Source of the DNA: Halorhodospira halophila SL1
Lineage (GTDB): Bacteria > Pseudomonadota > Gammaproteobacteria > Nitrococcales > Halorhodospiraceae
Direction: 5' to 3'
Assembly (NCBI RefSeq): GCF_000015585.1
Contig: NC_008789.1
Span: forward strand, 1,983,151 to 2,007,150
Length of the DNA: 24,000 nucleotides
This document shows positions 9,364 through 16,196 of this stretch, in pieces (the first letter of the stretch is position 1; each line of letters opens with the position of its first letter). Both the position numbers and the translations under genes were made by a program. The notes beneath the pieces are model-generated. The model made no database searches and was not told the DNA's origin. It was given only the letters and a program-made list of their open reading frames with translations.

Positions 9364-10548
9364 ATGCAAGGGCTGAATGCCGATGAGGTGCTGCGCCTGC
9401 TGCGCAGCCTGATTCCCGGCGAACTGGCCGAGGGGCGCGGTCACCGCAATGACCCGCCCGAGGGAACGGACATCTGCGCGGACACCCGGCTGGACCACAC
9501 CCCCATCCGCGCCGATTCGCTGGATCGGCTCCATCTGGCCAGCGCCCTGAATCGCCTCTTCTGCCTCCACGAGACCGGGGTGGAGGACCGCCTCTTGACG
9601 GTGCGCCGCATCGGCGATATCGCTGAACTGATCGCCGAGGGCAGCCAGCACACCAGCGGCCTGAGCTTCTCCACCTCCGGCAGCACGGGCACCCCGCAAT
9701 CCCACCATCACAGCTGGTCGGCCCTGACCCAGGAAGCCGAGGCCCTGGCCGCGGCCCTCGGCCACCACCGACGCGTGATCGCCTGGTTGCCGCTCCACCA
9801 CCTGTATGGGTTCGTCTTCGGCGTCGCCCTACCCCGCACCCTGGGCAGCACGGTGGTCGAGAGCCACGAGGCTCCCGCCGCCTTGTTCCGCAACCCCGCA
9901 CCCGACGACCTCATCGCCAGCGTCCCGGCGCGATGGCGCTACCTACTCGACAGCGATCACCGCTTCCCCGGCGGCACCGGCGTGAGTTCGACGGCCCCAC
10001 TCGAGGCAGCCTGTCGGCACGGGCTGCCGCGGGCCGGACTGGACGCCCTGGTCGAGGTCTACGGCGCCACGGAGACCGGCGGGATCGGCTTGCGCTGGGC
10101 CCCCGCAGAGGATTACCGACTCCTGCCCTACTGGCAGTGCAACGCCGACGGCAACCTCCGGCGCGCACTGCCCGAAGGGTCGGCCGTGACCATCACCCCG
10201 CTGGATCGGCTCGAGTGGCTGGACGAGCGGGTCTTCCGGCCCCGCGGGCGCATCGATGACATCATCCAGATCGGCGGGGTCAACGTCTCGCCGCAGCACG
10301 TGGCACGCCGCTTCGAGAGCCACGAGGCGGTTGCCGCCTGCGCGATACGCAGCCACGGAGAGGGCAGCCAGCGGCGGCTGAAGGCCTTCATCGTCCCGGC
10401 TCACCCCGAGACCGACCCCGAGGAGCTACGCCAGGCGCTGGAAACCTGGGCGTGGGAACACCTGCCGGCAGTGGAGCGGCCGACCGACCTGCGCATCGGT
10501 CCCGAGTTGCCGCGCAACGCCATGGGCAAGCTGCAGGATTGGGACTGA
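9364..10548 (+). CDS. pcl: p-coumarate-activating adenylate-forming ligase (p-coumaroyl-CoA ligase, Pcl)
   Basis: ANL-superfamily motifs: [11 protein letters not shown] (P-loop), [35 protein letters not shown] and PRNAMGKL (catalytic Lys). ATG 9364 is preceded by GAAGGA (9351-9356). The GTG at 9334 in the ORF track lies inside the hairpin. The gene sits between pyp and tal. Confidence 0.85.
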   Translation: [394 protein letters not shown]

Positions 10549-10553
10549 GCAGC

Positions 10554-12146
10554 ATGGCCGAAGTGGACCTGGCCGGCAGCCTGAGCGCCGCAGACATCGA
10601 GGCCATCGGTTACGGCCACAGGACCGCAACGGTCTCGCCGACCGGCTGGAAGCGGCTGCGCTCGGCCGAGGCATACCTCCAGCGCCTGGTGGATGAGCGC
10701 CGCCAGGTTTACGGCGTCACCACCGGCTACGGCCCCCTGGCCACCAGCCGGATCGACCCCTCGGCCTCACGCACCCTGCAGCGCAACCTGGTCTACCACC
10801 TGTGCAGCGGCGTCGGCGAGCCGCTCTCCCGCTGTCACACCCGGGCGACGCTTGGCGCGCGGATCGCCAGCGTCACCCGGGGCCACTCCGGGGTGACGCC
10901 AGCGGTGGTGGAGCGGCTGCTGGCGTGGCTGGAACACGACGTGGTGCCAGAGGTGCCGGCCATCGGCACCGTCGGCGCCAGCGGCGACCTGACCCCGCTG
11001 GCCCATGTGGCCCGGGCCCTCATGGGCGAAGGCCGGGTGTGCATCAACGGCGGGGAATGGGAGCCCGCCGACGCCGCCCAACGCCGCCTCGGCTGGGAAC
11101 CGTGGACCCTGGACGGAAAGGACGCCATCGCCCTGGTCAATGGCACCTCCACCACCGCGGGCATATGCGCCGTGAACGGTGCAGGTGCTGAACGTGCCGC
11201 CGGGGTCTGTGCGGTGCTGGGGATGGTTTACGCTGAGCTTCTCGGTGGCCATGCCGAGGCCTTCCAGCCGGCCATCGGAGCCGTCCGGCCCCACCCCGGG
11301 CAGATGCGCGCCCACGCCTGGCTCACCGCTCTTGCCGAGGACAGCCAGCGCCTCCAACCGTGGACCGGCACACCGCCCCGGCTGACCGAGGGCCAGGAGG
11401 CCGTGCTTCCTGATCAGCCCCTCCCCCAAGACCCCTACTCGATTCGCTGTCTGCCCCAGGCGCTGGGCGCGGTGCTGGACAGCATCACCTTCCACAACCA
11501 GACCGTAGCCAGCGAGCTAGACGCCGCCAGCGACAACCCCCTGCTCTTCCCGGACGAGGGGCGCGTGCTGCACGGCGGCAACTTCTTTGGCCAGCACCTT
11601 GCCTTCGCCGCCGACGCCCTGAACAATGCCGTGGTGCAGCTGGCGTTACACAGCGAACGGCGCATCAGCCGCATCACCGACTCAACCCGCAGCGGCTTTC
11701 CGGCCTTCATGCAGCCGCGCCAGACCGGTTTGCACAGCGGCTTCATGGGGGCCCAGGTCACGGCCTCGGCCCTGGTGGCCGAGATGCGGACCGGGGCCCA
11801 CCCAGCCTCCATCCAATCGATACCGACCAACGCCGACAACCAGGACATCGTCCCCATGAGCACCCGCGCAGCGCGGCAGGCAGCCACCAACCTGGACCAT
11901 CTGCAGCGGATCTTGGCCATCGAGGCGCTGGTGCTGGCGCAAGGCCTCGAGCTGGCCGATGGTGTCGGGTTTAGCAGCAGCGCGCGGCGTACCCTGGGAT
12001 GGGTACGCGAACTGGCCCCACCGCTGGAGGACGATCGCCCGCTGGCCGAGGAGATCGCCCGCGTTGCTGCTGCGCTGGCCACGCCGTACCAAGCCCACCG
12101 ACTGGTTGCCGGGCTTCCGGGCGCGCCCCCGGGGCCAGCCTCCTGA
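10554..12146 (+). CDS. tal: tyrosine ammonia-lyase (MIO-dependent aromatic amino-acid lyase)
   Basis: ATG 10554 lies 5 nt after the pcl stop. The MIO-forming Ala-Ser-Gly is in GTVGASGDLTPLAH (10977-10985). His-Leu in YHLCSG (10797-10802) is the TAL-type selectivity pair. Further family blocks are QDPYSIRC, SDNPL, GGNFFGQ and TNADNQD. Confidence 0.9.
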   Translation: MAEVDLAGSLSAADIEAIGYGHRTATVSPTGWKRLRSAEAYLQRLVDERRQVYGVTTGYGPLATSRIDPSASRTLQRNLVYHLCSGVGEPLSRCHTRATLGARIASVTRGHSGVTPAVVERLLAWLEHDVVPEVPAIGTVGASGDLTPLAHVARALMGEGRVCINGGEWEPADAAQRRLGWEPWTLDGKDAIALVNGTSTTAGICAVNGAGAERAAGVCAVLGMVYAELLGGHAEAFQPAIGAVRPHPGQMRAHAWLTALAEDSQRLQPWTGTPPRLTEGQEAVLPDQPLPQDPYSIRCLPQALGAVLDSITFHNQTVASELDAASDNPLLFPDEGRVLHGGNFFGQHLAFAADALNNAVVQLALHSERRISRITDSTRSGFPAFMQPRQTGLHSGFMGAQVTASALVAEMRTGAHPASIQSIPTNADNQDIVPMSTRAARQAATNLDHLQRILAIEALVLAQGLELADGVGFSSSARRTLGWVRELAPPLEDDRPLAEEIARVAAALATPYQAHRLVAGLPGAPPGPAS

Positions 12147-12150
12147 GGCC

Positions 12151-12738
12151 TCAATCGCAGGGCTCACCCCGCTGATCGTTGTCCGCTCTTGCCCGGCCGG
12201 TGCTAGCCACACGGATGGCGACCACTGCCGCGCCGTCGCGACAAAGCCTCAGGGTGTCGCCGTAAATGCGCGATAGCCAGCCATCAGGCTGAAACCGGAA
12301 GTCTTCCCGCCCGCTGTCCGACACGACCCGGTGACCCGGCCCGATCCCACGCCCCCGGGCCAGGAGTTGCTCCGGTCCCGGCGCCTGGCCGGATGCAGCC
12401 TCGCCGCGGAACAGGATCCAGCCGTCGTCCCAGCCCTGCGCATCGCATCCGGCCTGCGGGGTGCCGCCGCACAAGGTGACCGTCTCGCCTTGGTCCAGTG
12501 CCTCGATGCGTGCCCGCTCCAGCCCGGCGAGGAGTTCCCGCTGCCAGACCCAAGCGCGGACCTCATCCACACCGGCACCCAACTGTGGCGCCGCCACAGC
12601 GGTCAGCCCGGCAATCAGGGCGAGCGCCACCAGCAGCTCGGTCAGCGTGAATCCCGGGGTCAGTCGCCCCAGCAGACCTCCGCGGCCCCGGGGGCACTGC
12701 CCCGTTCGCCGCGGTGATCGAGGGTGAATTCCGTACAC
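12151..12738 (-). CDS. GspH/FimT-family type IV minor pilin
   Basis: Prepilin cleavage/methylation motif PG|FTLTELLVALALIAGL with Glu at +5. The start is uncertain: GTG 12738 overlaps pilE by 79 nt and gives a 29-aa leader. CTG 12663 overlapping the pilE stop would give a 4-aa leader. Confidence 0.75.
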   Translation of the reverse strand: MYGIHPRSPRRTGQCPRGRGGLLGRLTPGFTLTELLVALALIAGLTAVAAPQLGAGVDEVRAWVWQRELLAGLERARIEALDQGETVTLCGGTPQAGCDAQGWDDGWILFRGEAASGQAPGPEQLLARGRGIGPGHRVVSDSGREDFRFQPDGWLSRIYGDTLRLCRDGAAVVAIRVASTGRARADNDQRGEPCD

Positions 12739-13076
12739 GCCTCATCCGCCTCCTGCGGACTTCCCGGCGCCGGTGTGGCGGTCAGGCGAAAGCCATCGGC
12801 GTCGGTCTCGATCTCGAGTTCATAGAGGCCCCGCTCGGACAACTCCGGGACCTCATCTGTGCACGCCTGGTAGCTCATCTCCTGGATGAAACAGCGCTCG
12901 AGCGCCATCCAAGTATCCAGCAGAGTGGCGGTGGCATCGCTGCGATCCGCCTGCACCTTGTACTGGCCGTAGAACGGGTAGGCGATCGCCACCAGGATGG
13001 CCAGGATAGCCAGTACGATCATCAGCTCGACCAGGCTGAAGCCAGCCACACGGACGCGCTGACCCACTCTCTTCAT
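12660..13076 (-). CDS. pilE: type IV pilin PilE-like minor pilin
   Basis: Internal ATG 13076 follows GAGGA. MKRVGQRVRVAG|FSLVELMIVLAILAILVAIAYPFY. The C-terminal CTEFTLDHRGERGSAPGAAEVCWGD parallels P. aeruginosa PilE (C..LTLNQLGERG...DCW). Confidence 0.85.
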   Translation of the reverse strand: MKRVGQRVRVAGFSLVELMIVLAILAILVAIAYPFYGQYKVQADRSDATATLLDTWMALERCFIQEMSYQACTDEVPELSERGLYELEIETDADGFRLTATPAPGSPQEADEACTEFTLDHRGERGSAPGAAEVCWGD

Positions 13077-13086
13077 AAGACCGTCC

Positions 13087-13518
13087 TCAATCCAGATTTC
13101 CGTGGGGGCATTCGCGCTGCCAGCGGATCTCGACGCGGTCAGCCGCCCCCGATGCCTGCGCCGGCTCGAGCACAACGCCCGCCTGCAGGCAGACCTCGGT
13201 CCGGTCGCCCCCAAGGCCACGGGCGCAAACCCGGAACTGACCGTGATTGCGCTCGATAGCGTAGCATGGCGCCGCTGCCTCGCCGCTGCAGCACCCGGGG
13301 TCGCCGGCGCCCTGGCGGCCGGATGCAAGGTCGCGCATCGCCGCGGCCAGCTCGTCGCCGGCCGCCAGGCGGGCCGCAGCCCGGGACTCCAGGGCCGCAG
13401 CCGCACGTAGCTGCAGGGCGGTGGGTGCAACCACCGACCACGACAACAGCGCCAGCATGACCACCACCGCACTCAGACCGAGTACAGCAAAGCCGGCCTG
13501 CCGGGAGGCCACCGTCAA
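13087..13518 (-). CDS. pilX: PilX-like type IV minor pilin
   Basis: 143 aa with a PilX-type N-terminus (SRQAGFAVLGLSAVVVMLALLS), a Cys-rich C-terminal half, and its position between pilW and pilE. The TTG start overlaps the pilW stop (TTGA). Confidence 0.6.
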   Translation of the reverse strand: MTVASRQAGFAVLGLSAVVVMLALLSWSVVAPTALQLRAAAALESRAAARLAAGDELAAAMRDLASGRQGAGDPGCCSGEAAAPCYAIERNHGQFRVCARGLGGDRTEVCLQAGVVLEPAQASGAADRVEIRWQRECPHGNLD

Positions 13519-14459
13519 GGCAGCCTCCCGTGGATCGGCACTGTGACCGTCTGGATCTGGTCCGCTTTGGTGGCGCCGCGCTCGCCACCGGCACGGATGC
13601 GTGCAGTGAAGCGCACAGCACAGACCCGCAGCCAGTCGTCCACCTCCTTGGCGCTCCTAAAGCGCTCCGGATAACCGGGGCCTTCGGCCGGGTCGTCGGC
13701 ACCCGGACACTCGGCGAAGCCCATCTCCAGTGCCTCGACCCCGCGCAGGATCGGCTGGGGAGATTGCTCACCCCGGCCGAGGTTCAGGGTGGGCACCCGG
13801 TCTTGACCGCCGTCGTCCGTCGGCCGCAACCGGTGCACTTGAACGGACCGCGCATCGTCATCCTCCGCCGACTCTTCCACCTGCCACCAAGGGACCCATG
13901 CCACGCCGCGCTCGGGCAACTCGTGACCTTCGCCAACCCCGTGAAGCCTCAGGCCCTTGGTCCCGCGCACCTCCTCGACCTCAAGCAGGAACAGCCCCCT
14001 TCCACCACCCACCAGGACCGCTCCCGGCAGGCCTCCGAACGCCTCCGTCACGGGCGCATCCAGCTCGATGTCCGCCTCCGGGGCCGCCACCTCGAGGGCC
14101 TCGTAGCCGGTCACCACGCCCTGGGACTCCGCCGGATAGCGCGACCAGGTCAGCCCACCCTCCTCGGCACGCAGCCCCGGCGGATCGAGCCGTTTCGCGA
14201 TCACCTCGTCCGCGGGGCCTTCGCCCCGATACAGGGGGGTCGTACCACCGCAGGGGACCTCCCCGGCCCGGGAGACTTCCCTATCGAGCATCTGGCGCAG
14301 CAACGCCCCCTTGTCCGCCACCCGCCCCAGGTCTTCCACCGTGGCGCTGGCGCGCAGCGCACTGCCGAGGAGCTGCACCGCGGCGAGCAACGCCACCGAT
14401 GCCACCCCGAGCGCCACGAGCAGCTCGACCAGCGTCACACCACCCATGCGCCGGATCAT
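13515..14459 (-). CDS. pilW: PilW-like type IV minor pilin
   Basis: 314 aa, MIRRMGG|VTLVELLVALGVASVALLAAVQLL with Glu at +5. Size and position are typical of PilW. There is an ATGA overlap with the pilV stop. Confidence 0.75.
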   Translation of the reverse strand: MIRRMGGVTLVELLVALGVASVALLAAVQLLGSALRASATVEDLGRVADKGALLRQMLDREVSRAGEVPCGGTTPLYRGEGPADEVIAKRLDPPGLRAEEGGLTWSRYPAESQGVVTGYEALEVAAPEADIELDAPVTEAFGGLPGAVLVGGGRGLFLLEVEEVRGTKGLRLHGVGEGHELPERGVAWVPWWQVEESAEDDDARSVQVHRLRPTDDGGQDRVPTLNLGRGEQSPQPILRGVEALEMGFAECPGADDPAEGPGYPERFRSAKEVDDWLRVCAVRFTARIRAGGERGATKADQIQTVTVPIHGRLP

Positions 14460-14905
14460 CGATTGACCTCAGGGAGTTGCCCGGAAAGCTCAAGGGACGA
14501 TGGCGCGTCGCGGTGGGGGGCTTGCCAGCGGAGCTCGACGCGGATGCGATCGGCGGCCGCCTCGGCCGACACCTCGGCCTGCGGCAGCTGGCAGGCCACC
14601 TCGGCCCGCCAGCCGTCGGCATCGACCACATCGCCACGGGGCTGATCCTTGACCGACGGCGGTTGGCACGCGTCGATATCACCCGCATCGACCGCGGCCA
14701 AGGCAGCGGCGCGCTGATCCGGGGCGACCAGCCGGGCACGGGCGATCAACTCTTCGGCAAGGAGGGTCGCCCGGACGTGATAACCGGCATCACGAGCCCC
14801 GTGCACCCCGCCGTACAGGGCGAGGAGCGACACGGCCGCGACACCGGCCAAGAGCCCGAGGGCCACAAGCGCCTCGAGGAGTGTGAATCCTGAGTGGCGA
14901 GGCAT
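14456..14905 (-). CDS. pilV: PilV-like type IV minor pilin
   Basis: Internal ATG 14905 follows GAGGAAGGG. MPRHSG|FTLLEALVALGLLAGVAAV, about 149 aa. It is the first gene of the operon. Confidence 0.75.
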   Translation of the reverse strand: MPRHSGFTLLEALVALGLLAGVAAVSLLALYGGVHGARDAGYHVRATLLAEELIARARLVAPDQRAAALAAVDAGDIDACQPPSVKDQPRGDVVDADGWRAEVACQLPQAEVSAEAAADRIRVELRWQAPHRDAPSSLELSGQLPEVNR

Positions 14906-15008
14906 CCCTTCCTCGCGTATGGGTTCCATCCGCACTTTCCATGCGCACCCTCGAAGGCTAGCGCAGGATGCCGGGCACGCCACCGCGGCCCGATGACGCA
15001 CGGGGGGC

Positions 15009-15038
15009 TTGGTTCCCCGCCCACCCTTCGGCTACAAT
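15009..15038 (+). promoter_or_regulatory. Candidate sigma70 promoter for tRNA-Thr (TTGGTT-N18-TACAAT)
   Basis: TACAAT at 15033-15038 lies about 29 nt upstream of the mature tRNA 5' end. The -35-like TTGGTT is at 15009-15014. Confidence 0.4.
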
Positions 15039-15066
15039 TCGCGGCGTTATCGACAAGGTACTCAGC

Positions 15067-15142
15067 GCCGGTGTAGCTCAGTTGGTAGAGCAGCCGATTC
15101 GTAATCGGCAGGTCGGTGGTTCAAGTCCACTCGCCGGCACCA
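15067..15142 (+). tRNA. tRNA-Thr (anticodon CGU), CCA encoded
   Basis: Hand-folded cloverleaf. Acceptor stem GCCGGTG/CGCCGGC. D arm GCTC-AGTTGGTA-GAGC. Anticodon arm GCCGA-TTCGTAA-TCGGC with CGT at 15100-15102. T arm GGTGG-TTCAAGT-CCACT. Discriminator A followed by CCA. Confidence 0.95.
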
Positions 15143-15152
15143 TTCACACCGC

Positions 15153-15656
15153 ATGACCCACCATCACGTCTACTACGCCCACGGCAAGGGCACCGGCCCG
15201 CGGGGCCACAAGAGCAAGGCCCTCCTGCCCATCGCCGAGCAGGCGGGGTTCGCCGTGGAGAGCATCGACTTCACCGCCACCGAGGATCCGGATGAGCGGG
15301 TGGCCATGCTGTTGGAGCATCGCCCCCAGGCCACGGGGCGGCTGGTGCTGGTCGGCTCAAGCATGGGCGGCTACGTCATGGCCAACGCTGCCGACGAATT
15401 GGGCGCTGACGGCCTCTTCCTGCTTGCGCCGGCTATCGGCATCCCGGGGTATCCGGCTTATCCGGCACCGACCACTCGCCACCAGGAGATTGTCCACGGC
15501 TGGCGCGATGCGCTGATCCCGCCCCCGTCGGTGGTGACGTATGCGGAGCGCCAGCGGGCCCGGCTGCACCTGCTCGATGCCGAGCATGACCTCAACGACC
15601 ACCTGCCGACCCTACAGCGACTGTTTGCTGACTTCCTCCAGCGCGTGGCCGGCTGA
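15153..15656 (+). CDS. small alpha/beta hydrolase (YqiA/YcfP-like esterase architecture)
   Basis: 167 aa. N-terminal HVYYAHGKG, nucleophile elbow VGSSMGGY, then candidate Asp (HGWRDALIP) and His (DAEHDL) in the order expected for a Ser-Asp-His triad. Confidence 0.72.
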   Translation: MTHHHVYYAHGKGTGPRGHKSKALLPIAEQAGFAVESIDFTATEDPDERVAMLLEHRPQATGRLVLVGSSMGGYVMANAADELGADGLFLLAPAIGIPGYPAYPAPTTRHQEIVHGWRDALIPPPSVVTYAERQRARLHLLDAEHDLNDHLPTLQRLFADFLQRVAG

Positions 15657-15771
15657 GGGCACCGATGCCGTCGTGATCTGGGCACGTTGCGTCGCGCACA
15701 GCAGCGTGCCAACCTCCCAACATTGTGGGTCTTCCCATCAAAAAACCCTCCCCCAATAGCGGAGATCGTCC

Positions 15772-16131
15772 ATGAAACGCACTGGCATCCGAGGTCTCAT
15801 CGTCCTGATTGGGCTCGCCCTGTCGCTGGGCACCATGGCGCCGACCACCGCCCTGGCCGGTGTCGTCGGCACCAGCGACGTCATCAGCGAACGTCAGGTG
15901 GCATCCGATCGCGATCGTGTGCAACAGGCACTGCAGCGTGACGACGTGCAGCAGGCACTCACCGATTACGGCGTCGATCCGGCCCAAGCCGAAGAGCGCG
16001 TGGCGGCCCTGAGCGACGAAGAGGCCCGGGAACTGGCCGAGCACATCGAACAGCAACCGGCCGGAGCGGGGGTCTCCATCGGCGCCACCACCATCCTCCT
16101 ACTGGTCATCATCTGGCTCCTGGTCCGCTGA
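15772..16131 (+). CDS. PA2779-like small secreted, C-terminally anchored protein
   Basis: 119 aa. Signal peptide ending ALA|GVVG, a duplicated VQQAL motif, an acidic helical middle and a C-terminal hydrophobic anchor ATTILLLVIIWLLVR. It lies immediately upstream of a PA2778-like peptidase. The family assignment is from memory. Confidence 0.68.
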   Translation: MKRTGIRGLIVLIGLALSLGTMAPTTALAGVVGTSDVISERQVASDRDRVQQALQRDDVQQALTDYGVDPAQAEERVAALSDEEARELAEHIEQQPAGAGVSIGATTILLLVIIWLLVR

Positions 16132-16196
16132 ACCGCCGCCCGGGGGTACCCCCCGTCTCGCCGCCCAGCCGGCGGGCCGCCCTGCGGCCCGCCGCG

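Noticed and set aside
7823-9801. Minus-strand ORFs 7823..8854 (343 aa) and 8896..9801 (301 aa), opposite dadA and pyp/pcl
   Set aside because: They are shadow ORFs opposite genes with unambiguous identity. They have no motifs and no plausible RBS.
13530-14893. Plus-strand ORFs 13530..14645 (371 aa) and 13730..14893 (387 aa), opposite pilW/pilV
   Set aside because: The translations are Pro/Arg-rich low complexity. The minus-strand frames carry clean prepilin G|(F/V)xxxE motifs and coupled junctions.
8929-14905. Functional link between PYP (phototaxis receptor) and the adjacent type IV pilin genes
   Set aside because: The genes are convergent, so they are not co-transcribed. Adjacency alone is not evidence. 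PYP-linked responses described so far involve flagellar swimming.
1716-15001. N-terminal extensions offered by the ORF track (leuD to 1886, aroC to 5658, COG0523 from 5546, dadA from 7379, tal from 10452, pilE to 13472, pilV to 15001; likewise the OM barrel from 17160)
   Set aside because: The extensions are R/P/W-rich, overlap neighbouring genes, and precede internal ATG/GTG codons. Those internal starts have Shine-Dalgarno sequences and coincide with the conserved family N-termini.
14906-15066. Sigma54 (GG-N10-GC) promoter for the pilin operon
   Set aside because: Two TGGC-containing sites on the minus strand (TGGCGTGCCCGGCA and TGGAACCCATACGCG) have the GC element off by 1-2 nt from the required spacing. 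No convincing sigma70 promoter was found either, so the operon promoter is left uncalled.
15067-15142. tRNA-Thr as a genomic-island integration site
   Set aside because: There is no integrase, no visible duplication of the tRNA 3' half downstream, and no evident compositional break. The flanking genes look like ordinary chromosomal genes.
14968-15156. 62-aa plus-strand ORF overlapping the tRNA-Thr gene
   Set aside because: It reads straight through a canonical tRNA, so it is not coding.
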